NCBI GenBank assembly: GCA_965657355.1
Contig: CBFHOE010000009.1
Coordinates: 96,001 to 160,000 of the forward strand
Direction of reading: 5' to 3'
Source of the DNA: Limisphaerales bacterium
Lineage (GTDB): Bacteria > Verrucomicrobiota > Verrucomicrobiia > Limisphaerales > JAJOIW01
DNA: 64,000 nt
Positions 10,927-20,723 of this stretch are shown piece by piece. The notes under the pieces are model-generated. The model had not been told where the DNA came from and did no database searches. It saw only the letters and a program-made list of their open reading frames with translations. A program made the position numbers and the translations under genes. Numbering within the stretch: position 1 is the first letter of the stretch; every line of letters starts with the position of its first letter.

Positions 10927-11420
10927 TTCATATCAGGTTGAATAGAATTTGCGACGCTACCACGAGATGTGATCCGCCAAATTCTAATCCGATTGTATTG
11001 CAGTAGAAATATACAAGGCAAGTTGGCAAATATACCGTATGCGACCATGACCCAGGCAATAGGGGCATCATTCCATAGGAAAAATAAAAATCCCGAGAGC
11101 AAAACAACCCAATGAACAATTTCACCTCGACAGGTTTCAAGTGCAAATTCGTTAAGGTAATCCAAATTCGTTGATTTTAAATTCTTTTTGGTGAAACCAT
11201 TTTTAAAAAGAGAAGAACCATCGGGCATCCATGATTTCCATTTTTTTATCTGGAGAAATTTTTCATAAAAACCAAGCCCACTGCCCATTTGGTTTTTTTT
11301 AAAAAATGGAAGAGTCTTTTCAAGTATGCTTTTGTGGGTTTTTTCCCCCAACCAAGCAATACCCATGTGAAGAACAAGCCAGGCAAAGGCATTTAGCAAT
11401 ACAATTTCAATGACTCTCAT
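10923..11420 (-). CDS. crtO: Glycosyl-4,4'-diapocarotenoate acyltransferase
   Basis: 165-aa membrane protein with IKKWKSWMPDG, ETCRGEIVHW and ANLPCIFLLQYNRIR, typical of CrtO; follows the GT2 gene. Confidence 0.85.
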   Translation of the reverse strand: MRVIEIVLLNAFAWLVLHMGIAWLGEKTHKSILEKTLPFFKKNQMGSGLGFYEKFLQIKKWKSWMPDGSSLFKNGFTKKNLKSTNLDYLNEFALETCRGEIVHWVVLLSGFLFFLWNDAPIAWVMVAYGIFANLPCIFLLQYNRIRIWRITSRGSVANSIQPDMK

Positions 11421-11437
11421 TTTTCATGATATTATGG

Positions 11438-12535
11438 CTAACACTCATTAACCCCTCTGCCTTTCCAAAGTATAGATTCGCCCCGCCTCTTCATGATGGA
11501 TGAACGCAATAAAATAAAATAAAAGTGGAAAAGAATGATAGGGTAAAACAAGGAAGCAGTGAGTCTGAATTTACCCACCATGCTCACCATCCTGTGATAG
11601 GAAAGCGCGTATACCAAGTAGAAGAAAAAAGCATATTCCAGACTACCCACTCCAACTATACCTAGTATCAAATGACTAAATATCATGATTCCGACTGACA
11701 TCCAAGCCACGACGCAGATCATAATCTTCTTATCAACCGATTGCATGCCCTTTACAAAGGCCTTAGACCATCCGTCTCTTAGCGCCTCGTAACCATCTGG
11801 GTACATCCTGTAATCGATGGCTTCTTTACCCGATATAACTAAAGCAGGAATATTCAGTTCTTTGGCTTTCACTCCAAAACTCCAATTCTCTAATATTTCA
11901 GACTTTACGGAATCATGGCCACCAATTTTTGTGTATGTTTCTTTTTCAACGAGTAAGCAAGGGCCAAAAAAGCCGTAGTAATTCCTTGCGCTTCCAAAGA
12001 TGCCGAATGAGCCAATCGATATGAAAGTGAGCAAATTAAAAATGGAGGATAATGATTCATAAATTTTTTGTGTCCTGTGGTAAGGACCAATGCTCATAAT
12101 CTTAGCCTCAGAAGATAAGAAAGTGTTCAGAATCTGTTTCAAACCGTTTTTGCAAATGACAACATCAGCGTCTAGGAATAATAAAAGAGATCCTGAGGCA
12201 CTTTCTGCACCATTTTGACAAGCCCATGTCTTTCCTTTCCAACCTTTAGGAAGAGGGGGCACATCGATACATTTTGCACCATATGATTCAGCAACGGATT
12301 TTGTCCCATCATCAGAATTATCATTTGCCACTATAATTTCCAGGTTTTGGTAGTCACAGGACTTCAATGAAGTTAAAAGCTTACCCAAGTTGGATTCTTC
12401 ATTTCTGGCGGGGATCACTATCGAAAGATTCGGTGTTGTCAGGCCTATTTTATCAAGCCGAAGCTTTCTTCTTCCTTTAAAGATGAGGAGAAAGCTTAAT
12501 AATATTCCAATTAAAAGCGGGTATATCATAAACAT
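11438..12535 (-). CDS. crtQ: GT2 glycosyltransferase, probable 4,4'-diapocarotenoate glycosyltransferase
   Basis: SIVIPARNEE, DNSDDGT, GWKGKTWAC, FLDAD, FGPC, RMYPDG; N- and C-terminal TM segments; crt context. Confidence 0.85.
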   Translation of the reverse strand: MFMIYPLLIGILLSFLLIFKGRRKLRLDKIGLTTPNLSIVIPARNEESNLGKLLTSLKSCDYQNLEIIVANDNSDDGTKSVAESYGAKCIDVPPLPKGWKGKTWACQNGAESASGSLLLFLDADVVICKNGLKQILNTFLSSEAKIMSIGPYHRTQKIYESLSSIFNLLTFISIGSFGIFGSARNYYGFFGPCLLVEKETYTKIGGHDSVKSEILENWSFGVKAKELNIPALVISGKEAIDYRMYPDGYEALRDGWSKAFVKGMQSVDKKIMICVVAWMSVGIMIFSHLILGIVGVGSLEYAFFFYLVYALSYHRMVSMVGKFRLTASLFYPIILFHFYFILLRSSIMKRRGESILWKGRGVNEC

Positions 12536-12538
12536 ATC

Positions 12539-14038
12539 TTAAGCTGTGAGATCGCTTACAACATTTTCTGCCACCTTTTGGCCGCATAGAAATACCATTG
12601 GCATCCCACCACCAGGATTTACAGACCCTCCAGCAAAATAAAGGTTGTCGTAGCGCTCAGATTTTTTTGGTGCCTTGAATGCAAAATTTTTAAACCGATC
12701 AGAAACGACACCATAAATGGACCCTCTATTACTGTAGTAGTTTATACTTATATCATGAGGGGTAAGTATATGTTCATGGACAATATGATCCCTCAGATTT
12801 GGACAAGCCATCCTTTCCATTTTATCGAGGACCCTCTCTTTAAGATTCATATAATCATCCTCTGATAAAGGGTTATCTGGGTCTATATATGGAATATGAG
12901 GTAAAATTTTTATAGTATCGCATCCTTGTGGTGCTATGGACGAGTCAGTTCGAGAAGCAGCGACAACGTAAAGCGTCGGGTCTCCGGGCAGGTTTTTTTT
13001 CTGGAAAACCTCATTGAAATGCTTCTTAGGGTTGTTAGAAAAAAGAAAGTTGTGGTGAGATAGTGATTCATACTTCCGGTCTAGGCCAATATCAATCACG
13101 AGCCCGCTGCAGGCAGGTTCATATTTTTTTTCTAGTTTATTTACAAAATGGTCCGGCTCATGAAGGAGCCTTTTGTATGTGGGGATGACTTCCATGTTCG
13201 AAACAACGGCATCGGCCGTTTCAATTTCGTCGTTTACAAGTTTCACACCCTCAACCTTGCCGGTATTCTTATCTTTGAGTATTTCGCTTATTTCGGAGTT
13301 GAGCCTAATTTCGATGCCCAATTCTCTCATGAGTTCTTCCAATCCCTGAGCCAGATTATACATACCACCCATCACATACCATAAATCGTATCTAAACTGG
13401 ATGGTAGACATGCAATTCATAAATGCAGGTGCTTTGAAGGCTGATGATCCAACATATTTAATAAAGAAGTCAAAGATACTAACGAAGTAAGAAGTCTTGA
13501 AACGTGATGCCACACTTCCATGCATGTTGTTGAATAAATCAAAATCGAAAAATTTTTTTAAGCCATAGTGCTTTCTAAAACCAGCGGCATTGTCTATGCC
13601 TTTTTCGAAATAGCCATCATTAATCAAATCGAATAAATCTTCAGAATATTTTAAAAACTTATCAACATTCTCAGACGGCTCACCGACCTTTGCCGCCTCT
13701 TTGTGCATCTTATCCCGCTCTGGGTATAAATCTATAACAACACCATCCTCAAAAATATTTCTCCAATGAGGGCGAACTCTCACCATATTTACATAGTCCT
13801 CAATTTTTCGGCCGGCTTTTTCAAAAGGCCGAGAAAATATATAAGGCAAGGTAAGAATAGAGGGCCCCAAATCATAGGTGTAACCCGCTTCAGAAAATGT
13901 GTTCAGCTTCCCACCGATTTTTTCATTTTTCTCGTGAATGGTGACATCGAAGCCTTCTAATGCTAACGAAAGAGCGGTTGAAATTCCACCCAGCCCGGAT
14001 CCGACAACTATTACCTTCTTATTAGTTTTGCTTTGCAT
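12539..14038 (-). CDS. crtP: 4,4'-diapolycopene/diaponeurosporene oxygenase (CrtP/CrtNb)
   Basis: FAD motif GSGLGG, EKNEKIGGKLN, DLGPSILTLPYIF, PHWRN, VVSNMEVIP, GSIYGVVSDR, GGSVNPGGGMPMV match the CrtNb/CrtP subfamily. Confidence 0.88.
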   Translation of the reverse strand: MQSKTNKKVIVVGSGLGGISTALSLALEGFDVTIHEKNEKIGGKLNTFSEAGYTYDLGPSILTLPYIFSRPFEKAGRKIEDYVNMVRVRPHWRNIFEDGVVIDLYPERDKMHKEAAKVGEPSENVDKFLKYSEDLFDLINDGYFEKGIDNAAGFRKHYGLKKFFDFDLFNNMHGSVASRFKTSYFVSIFDFFIKYVGSSAFKAPAFMNCMSTIQFRYDLWYVMGGMYNLAQGLEELMRELGIEIRLNSEISEILKDKNTGKVEGVKLVNDEIETADAVVSNMEVIPTYKRLLHEPDHFVNKLEKKYEPACSGLVIDIGLDRKYESLSHHNFLFSNNPKKHFNEVFQKKNLPGDPTLYVVAASRTDSSIAPQGCDTIKILPHIPYIDPDNPLSEDDYMNLKERVLDKMERMACPNLRDHIVHEHILTPHDISINYYSNRGSIYGVVSDRFKNFAFKAPKKSERYDNLYFAGGSVNPGGGMPMVFLCGQKVAENVVSDLTA

Positions 14039-14820
14039 CTATCTACCCCGTCTATTGCACGTATTAAGTTTGGGCTTAGTTCTTTAGATTTGTTGAAATA
14101 TTTTAATGCCAATAAATTGTTACCGATTTTTTCATACGTCTCAGCCAGAAAAATTTGATTCATCGTGTAGCCCCAAGAAAAAACAGAGTCATCATTTGAA
14201 GCTTTTTTTTTGAGCTCTTGATCGAAAAGTTGCTCCGATTTGAGGAGAAGTTCGAGTGCACCAGTCTGTTTTTCATGAGTGTTTGATCGGTGAATCTGAC
14301 TAATTGCCTCCAATAGTGAAACCCTTGGGTTGGAATCTATTTTTTGGAGTGCAGAATTTCTGTGATTTAAAAGCTTTCGCCCATTCTTTATGGCGGATAG
14401 AGGATTTTCAGATATTTTCAATCCATAGATTACGGTGAGCATCGCATGGGCATTAGAATCATTAGGGTCTGAATCAATTGATCTGTGAGAGTGATCCAAA
14501 ACTTTTTGATAAAATTCATCCTTCTTGATCGCAAGATCAGAACTGATTTCGTCCGAATGCTTGGCAAGTATGTAGATATTAAAATAACCAGCAGCAAGCC
14601 ATTTTGAGCGGAGGTTTTTAGAAGCTTCGTCAACTGGACTTTGAGCATCTAAATTTCGGGTATGCTTGAGAATTTCTTCGAGATCTAAACTTTCTATGCT
14701 CGCACTTACCCTAGTTGTGCTTCCGGCCGGAGAATGTTCGATACTCGAAGCTTTCAAGCTGGTGTTTGTCTGTATTGAGCAGACAAACATCGATATGACC
14801 AATATTTGGAAGAAGCTCAT
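14011..14820 (-). CDS. Hypothetical exported TPR-like protein within the crt operon
   Basis: Hydrophobic N-terminus; TPR-like helices (DPNDSNAHAMLTVIYG, LAETYEKIGNNLLALKYFNKSKELSPN). Overlaps both crtN and crtP. Confidence 0.75.
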   Translation of the reverse strand: MSFFQILVISMFVCSIQTNTSLKASSIEHSPAGSTTRVSASIESLDLEEILKHTRNLDAQSPVDEASKNLRSKWLAAGYFNIYILAKHSDEISSDLAIKKDEFYQKVLDHSHRSIDSDPNDSNAHAMLTVIYGLKISENPLSAIKNGRKLLNHRNSALQKIDSNPRVSLLEAISQIHRSNTHEKQTGALELLLKSEQLFDQELKKKASNDDSVFSWGYTMNQIFLAETYEKIGNNLLALKYFNKSKELSPNLIRAIDGVDRCKAKLIRR

Positions 14821-16322
14821 ATACCATAGTCTTCTTGAATCAATCTTGAAGATATCTTTGCTGATTCATATATCACGGGCAGGCCACTGCCTGGGTGTGT
14901 GCCTCCTCCAACGAGGTAAACTCCGTCCAATTCTTTAAACCTGTTTTGAGGCCGTCTAAATAACATTTGGTCAAGTGAGTGTGCCAAATTAAAAACAGCT
15001 CCCTTAAATATGTTGTATTTATTCTCCCACGTTTGGGGGGTCAGGATTTTTTCGTATTCGATCGAGCTTTCCAAGTCACTGAGACCGATTTTCTCTAATT
15101 GATTCATGACGACAGAACGAAAAGCATCTCTATTCTTTTCCCAATCCAGTTCACCATTTCTGTGAGTCACGGGAACTAGCACATAGAGTGAGGATTTGTT
15201 TTCCGGAGCCATACTTGGGTCTGTGACGCAAGGATTGCAAACATAGAAAGAAGGATTGTCACTAAGAGTGTGATTTTTTTCTATGTCTTCCAAATTCCCC
15301 TTGTAATCCTTAGAGAGAAAAATGCTGTGATGGTTGAGGTCTGGAATGGTCTTGTTTAAGCCCAGATACATCATAAATGTGGAGCAAGAATACTTCTTCT
15401 TTTCTATTTCCTGGTCAGACCATCTTTTTCTTAAATGATTTGGAACCAATTTCTGCATGGTGTGCGCAAAGTCCGCATTAATAACAAGTGCATCGCAATC
15501 ATAGCGATCATTATTTGTGACAACAGATTTGGCACGGCTTCCTTCAAACTCAATGCTTTCCACGGGCTCCGAGAGCTTTATTCTCGCTCCAAGACGCTTT
15601 GCCATATCTGCCATTGACCGGGAAACAGCACCGCAGCCGCCTTTGGGGTGAAATATTCCGTATTCATATTCTAGATAGGACAATATAGTAAAGATACTCG
15701 GGCAATTGCTTGGAGACATGCCCAGGTATTTGCTTTGAAACGCGCAAGCCAAGCGGAGTCGTTCGTCTTTGAAAAAAGTTCTTAAGTCGGATTCAACACT
15801 CTTGCCTGGTCTCAAATATGGAAGAGCGCTCAACAGCTGTGGATCCATGAGATCCTTGATGGAATTGAAAGGCTTCTGAAGAACCCGATTAAATGTTGAA
15901 AATTTCTTCCTGTTATCCTCCATGAATCGTCTAAAACCGCCAACATCTTCGCTATTAACGTTTGAAAACTGTTTTTCCATGAAATCCTCACTTCCTCGAG
16001 CCACGACCTCACCTCTCCCTTCAAAGGTCAATTTGTAGTGGTCTTTTAATCGAACCATTTCAATCTCCTTGTCCATATCGAAACCACAACTTGAGTAAAT
16101 TCCCTTTAAAACATCAGGGTAGAGGAAAAATGTGGGTCCAAGGTCAAAAGTAAACCCCTGCTCGCTCAAAGAAGAGGTTCGCCCACCGACTGTGTTCCGG
16201 GCCTCCAAAATGGTCACATCAGCTCCAGTCTTGCTGAGTAACATTCCAGCAGCTAAACCCCCAGGCCCAGCTCCAATTATCACCACTTTGGGCGAAGACA
16301 ACCTTTTTCTCGAACTAGTCAT
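14817..16322 (-). CDS. crtN: Phytoene desaturase family protein, probable C30 desaturase CrtN
   Basis: GAGPGGLAAGMLL, FDLGPTFF, FQSKYLGMSP, INADF, YSCSTFMMYLG, GAVFNLAH, VGGGTHPGSGLPVIYES. Confidence 0.88.
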   Translation of the reverse strand: MTSSRKRLSSPKVVIIGAGPGGLAAGMLLSKTGADVTILEARNTVGGRTSSLSEQGFTFDLGPTFFLYPDVLKGIYSSCGFDMDKEIEMVRLKDHYKLTFEGRGEVVARGSEDFMEKQFSNVNSEDVGGFRRFMEDNRKKFSTFNRVLQKPFNSIKDLMDPQLLSALPYLRPGKSVESDLRTFFKDERLRLACAFQSKYLGMSPSNCPSIFTILSYLEYEYGIFHPKGGCGAVSRSMADMAKRLGARIKLSEPVESIEFEGSRAKSVVTNNDRYDCDALVINADFAHTMQKLVPNHLRKRWSDQEIEKKKYSCSTFMMYLGLNKTIPDLNHHSIFLSKDYKGNLEDIEKNHTLSDNPSFYVCNPCVTDPSMAPENKSSLYVLVPVTHRNGELDWEKNRDAFRSVVMNQLEKIGLSDLESSIEYEKILTPQTWENKYNIFKGAVFNLAHSLDQMLFRRPQNRFKELDGVYLVGGGTHPGSGLPVIYESAKISSRLIQEDYGI

Positions 16323-16326
16323 ACAA

Positions 16327-16473
16327 TAGACAAAATTAAATTTTAGTTATACAAAACGTAATAAATACGGATGTTAATCTCGACTAAATTTAGTCAAAAT
16401 CAAGAAATTAGATAAAAAAATACTACCGGATAGTTTGTCTATATTTTTTCTATGTTTCTCTGAATTTTGTCTA
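16327..16473. promoter_or_regulatory. TnnACA repeat array upstream of crtN (CarH/LitR-like operator)
   Basis: Minus strand: TAGACA 16468-73, CAGAGA 16457-62, TAGAAA 16447-52, TAGACA 16436-41 at 10-11 bp pitch. Plus strand: TAGACA 16327-32 and TATACA 16348-53. Perfect palindrome GACTAAATTTAGTC at 16382-95. Confidence 0.45.
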
Positions 16474-17624
16474 GCTTTAAGCTTTTTTAGGATAATGATA
16501 GGAATCAGGCGAAAAGCGGCAGGTTCTAAGCTGCAGTTATCCTATGTGCCATGTGATTTAATTGTCGGTTGAGCTAAACAAATCAGTCAGTAGAAATGAC
16601 AGTCAATCGAAACATTGAGAAGTTTATCGAAACCAGGTCGTTTGATTTATTGCAAATCCAATCGATTCTCAGGCTTTTGTGCTGCAAAATAATTCTAATC
16701 ACATGATAATCTGGCGCTTCAGTGATTTAGTTTGGCGATCCTCTCAACTATTTTAAAGAGGCCAAAGTGTTCTCCCATGGATTCAAATGTCGACTATTAA
16801 AACCGGCGTCAATAGCGTTTTCGATTATTGGTATTAGCTATTTTATGCCCCCTATTAAATGAGGCACTTTTTCGAAGCCAAGAGATAGTTGAGAATGCCT
16901 CGGGAAATTCATCTTAAAGCTCGGTAATTTGGACCGTATCAGTTGCCATCTTTTTATTAACATCAACCCGAAATATCCGACAAAGAAAACGACGTATTAA
17001 AAGACAACTATTTTTGAGACCAATCCAACAGATAGTTCTCATAGTATTTCGTATAAAGATTCACTCAGATACATCCAATGGAGCGCCCCGAGATATGGAA
17101 ATTATGAGTTAATAAACAACTAAAATCACAGTCTGATAAGAGGCTGATGACTTTATCATCACATGCGTTTGGTAAAACTATGGGAAAGAAATCAAATCCC
17201 AATCCATGTCTATTAAAAACATTCAGCAATTAGGATGAAACAGTAATAAGTATAATTACAATTATATCCGACAATGATTTGAACCAGAGCATGAGCTTTG
17301 TTGGAATGCCAACTTTCACTGTTCCGAGAGATTTAAAAATTAAGGTAAAATTCGAAAATGGAAACCCCGAGCCGCAAAACATCTTTATTATCGAGAAAGC
17401 CATGACCAAAAGATCCAAGTGAGATCTTTATGTTTGGAAGGGGCCACCAAGAAAGACATAATTTCATTTGCGGTTATTGAAATTGAGAAAATTGCAATAG
17501 CCAGCAAATTCACCACGCACGCGGCAAGTAGACATAAGATATATCTCAACATTAATAAGTTCAGCCCAAATTCTTCAATCTTTTCCAAGATTACGAATTA
17601 TTTCGTTTTCCATATCCCAGTGAA

Positions 17625-17672
17625 TTCCGGGTAGGGTGGCAATAAAACCCGAATCCTTCCGGCTTTTTTATT
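17625..17672 (+). terminator. Possible intrinsic terminator-like structure
   Basis: CCGG...GGGT-loop-ACCC...CCGG followed by CTTTTTTATTT; the pairing is imperfect. Confidence 0.3.
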
Positions 17673-17850
17673 TGATGGTATAAATAGAAAACAAGGTTTA
17701 TTGTGGAGGTATTACAAGCGTTAATGTTCTCAGGCCGAATCATTGGATCTGAATTAATTAAATCATGTAATCGATTTAAAAAAGACAGGATCTATGACTG
17801 CCAGGAATAATGACTCCGTTACCGTTAAAAATAATAAATTGATAATTCAT

Positions 17851-19161
17851 ATGAGGAATATTCTTCTGACAATTTACATTGCCTCTCACTTTCTAGTGTT
17901 CACCTCATCACAAGCTGACTGGCCTCAATGGCGCGGCCCTAATGGTCAAGGCATAGATGATTTCTCCATAATTCCAAGTGAATGGAATGAAAATAAGAAT
18001 ATTTCGTGGAAAACAGAAGTGGCAGGAAAAGGGTGGTCTTCGCCAGTCATAACTGGAAATCAAGTCTGGATCACAACGGCCCACGAGACTCTGGCCCCAA
18101 AGGAAGAAAGAGATGAGCGATTAAAGGCAAACACTGGCGGCCAACCGGTGGTCGTACTTTCAAATGTTCGTATCCATGCCGTATGCATTGATAAAAATTC
18201 CGGAAAAATACTCCATGATATTGAAGTGCTCAGGAAAAAAAATCCTCAATGGGTCCATAAGACCAATAGCTATGCTTCCCCCACTCCAGTAATTGATAAT
18301 GATAAAATATACTTTCAGAATGGTTCGTATGGTTCTGCCTGTCTGGATCTTAAAACGCTGGATATAGTCTGGACCAATCAAGATCTATGGGTCATGCATG
18401 AGAATGGGCCCGGAGGATCCCCGATTATTTGGAACGATCTATTAATCTTTCACATGGATGGTAGCGACAACCAATACATTGTCGCTTTGGATAAGATGAC
18501 AGGAAAGGTAAAGTGGCGCACTCCTCGGTCTGGTAAAATGCATTCAAACCCGCAACTCAAAAAAGCCTACGGCACGCCTGCTATCACCCAGATAAATGGA
18601 AAGGATGTTATCTTTTCCACAGCCGCAAACTGGCTTTATGGCTACGAACCATCTTCGGGAAAAGAACTTTGGAAAGTTGAATATGGTTTCTTAGGCTTTT
18701 CAAATGTACCTAAGCCTGTATTCGGTGACGGCATGGTCTACATCGGAACTAGTTTTATGAAGCCACAAATCCTCGCACTAGATATTACAAAAGATATTCC
18801 CGAAATATCTTGGTCGTATAAAAGAGGAGTCCCCGCTGTTTCTTCACCTGTTTTGGTCGGTAATGAATTATTTTTTGTCAGTGACTCAGGAGGCGTTGTG
18901 ACATGCCTTGATAGTAAGACAGGAACGGAGCATTTTCGCGAAAGAATTGGAGGTAATCATAGCGCCTCCCCAACTTACGTCAGTGGCCGTATTTTATTTC
19001 ATAGCAAAGAGGGAGAAACCGTAGCTATTAAACCGGGATCAGAATTTGAAATCCTGGGGAAAAACAAGCTATCAGGCGAACATCACGCTAGCGCTGCTGT
19101 CAGTTCCAACTCTCTATTCCTCAGGACGGATAAAGCGTTATATAAAATATCCAACAAATAA
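17851..19161 (+). CDS. PQQ-like beta-propeller repeat protein (BamB-like, PVC type)
   Basis: Signal peptide then ADWPQWRGP; GWSSPV, SYASPTP, ALDKMTGKVKW, SSPVLVG, SASP, LFLRT. Likely ATG 17851 (track start 17794). Confidence 0.9.
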   Translation: MRNILLTIYIASHFLVFTSSQADWPQWRGPNGQGIDDFSIIPSEWNENKNISWKTEVAGKGWSSPVITGNQVWITTAHETLAPKEERDERLKANTGGQPVVVLSNVRIHAVCIDKNSGKILHDIEVLRKKNPQWVHKTNSYASPTPVIDNDKIYFQNGSYGSACLDLKTLDIVWTNQDLWVMHENGPGGSPIIWNDLLIFHMDGSDNQYIVALDKMTGKVKWRTPRSGKMHSNPQLKKAYGTPAITQINGKDVIFSTAANWLYGYEPSSGKELWKVEYGFLGFSNVPKPVFGDGMVYIGTSFMKPQILALDITKDIPEISWSYKRGVPAVSSPVLVGNELFFVSDSGGVVTCLDSKTGTEHFRERIGGNHSASPTYVSGRILFHSKEGETVAIKPGSEFEILGKNKLSGEHHASAAVSSNSLFLRTDKALYKISNK

Positions 19162-19376
19162 TTTACTCAGCTTAAATGCTCGTCAAAAAATATGGGTTTG
19201 GATGATCCCATTCGTCGTTTCACCAGTCTGACATTGGGAATCAAACAATCAAAATCGATTCTTTATCTGGCTTTTGATTCTGAATGAAGCAACGCCACAT
19301 TCTTTGAATGGTGAAGCAGGCTCATTGACAGACTTTTAAGGCTCAAAGTGAGTGGCAAGTATTTGCCAGTTCAATT

Positions 19377-20723
19377 TTAACCCTTGATGACATTAATTTC
19401 ACTAATGGAATCTGCGAACCTCTCTAGCCCCAATCCCATAGCATTTGCTTGGGTAAGCCAAAGGTTTGCAAGAGGAGTTCCCTCTGGCATGTTCACGTGA
19501 AGGCCCGTTTTAATTTTTGCTCCTCCTTTACCAGCCACTATGATCGGCAAATCGTTGTATTGGTGAGTTGATCCATCACCTAGACCAGATCCATAAGTGA
19601 AGAAGGTATTGTCAAGAAGCGATGTGCCATTAATTTCTTTTATGGAATCCATTTTCTCGACCAGGTAGGCAAACTGTTCCATGTGAAAATAATCAACCCT
19701 GAGAAGATCTTGGATCATTTTTGTTTGGTTATGTGACATTTGGTGATGGCTCCTAGGTTTATCGAATATTCCATCAAACATGTACGGAGTATCCCACCTT
19801 TCAGGGCCCACCATGAATGTTGCAACATTCGTCAGTCCCGCCTGAAGAGCAACAACCATAAGATCTCCCATAAGCCGGATAAATTCACCGCGTGGCAAAT
19901 ACGAGTCAGGAGGTTCTTCAAAATTGATTTTTGAAAGTTCAGCCTTCATAGACTCAAGCTTATCCATTTGGGTCTCAATGGTTCGTATGGAGTCAAAGTA
20001 TTCTGTAAATTTTTGTTTATCGTTATATCCAAGATGCTTTCGCATTGACCTGGCATCCTCCAAAACCAGGTCTGTGACATCTCTATACTTCTTGTTCTCC
20101 CTAGTGGAAAAAAGTCTTTGGTAAACTGCCCTGGGGCTTCTGATAGATGGAGCTAGATGATCAGTGCCATACCAAGAGATATTGTCAAAGTGGATAGACT
20201 CCTTGTTGTCTTTGTGGGTATTACAACTAAATTCCAGAGTCTTAAAGGGTGTGGTGTGACCAACTTTGTCAGCAACAATATGATCTAAGGTCCTATCTAG
20301 TGGCCACGCTGATTGTTTAACAGAATAAGCCACAGCGCTGCTTAAATAACAACTCGCACACTGGGCATGAACGTCAGTGCCATTTTGATATACCCTGTCC
20401 ATTCCTGTGATTAAGTTGATCTTTTCCTTATGTGATTCCAAAGGCTTCATGGTGGGCGTCAGTTGATCAAGTGGCTTGACGGATAGGACAGGATCTTGCT
20501 CGCCGAGAGAAGACATAACATTACCCAAATTACCCTTAGGAATAACATGATCCTGTTCACCAGGAAAAAAACCTCGTCGGACTACTCCGATTGGGACATA
20601 AAAATGAGCCATCCTTTGGGCTACTTTAGAATGAGGTTTTGCGAATCCCATACTTTCCATGAAGGGCAAGGATAATACCGCCCCGCCCATACCATGGAGG
20701 AATTTTCGTCGAGATGTTTTCAT
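19377..20723 (-). CDS. DUF1552 (HXXSHH) domain protein
   Basis: Tat-like SRRKFL.G.G..LSLPFMESM; HHQMSH, LLDNT, H.Y.DLP, PLANLWLT. Coupled to the upstream gene by a TGATG overlap. Confidence 0.92.
   Translation of the reverse strand: MKTSRRKFLHGMGGAVLSLPFMESMGFAKPHSKVAQRMAHFYVPIGVVRRGFFPGEQDHVIPKGNLGNVMSSLGEQDPVLSVKPLDQLTPTMKPLESHKEKINLITGMDRVYQNGTDVHAQCASCYLSSAVAYSVKQSAWPLDRTLDHIVADKVGHTTPFKTLEFSCNTHKDNKESIHFDNISWYGTDHLAPSIRSPRAVYQRLFSTRENKKYRDVTDLVLEDARSMRKHLGYNDKQKFTEYFDSIRTIETQMDKLESMKAELSKINFEEPPDSYLPRGEFIRLMGDLMVVALQAGLTNVATFMVGPERWDTPYMFDGIFDKPRSHHQMSHNQTKMIQDLLRVDYFHMEQFAYLVEKMDSIKEINGTSLLDNTFFTYGSGLGDGSTHQYNDLPIIVAGKGGAKIKTGLHVNMPEGTPLANLWLTQANAMGLGLERFADSISEINVIKG

Noticed and set aside
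16327..16473. Invertible promoter bounded by the 11-bp inverted repeat TAGACAAAATT
   Set aside because: No recombinase nearby, and the motif recurs internally, which fits operator sites better.
17625..17672. SRP RNA or riboswitch (CCGGAAGG on the minus strand)
   Set aside because: It lacks the flanking CAGG and AGCAG of the SRP loop and any riboswitch core I recognise.
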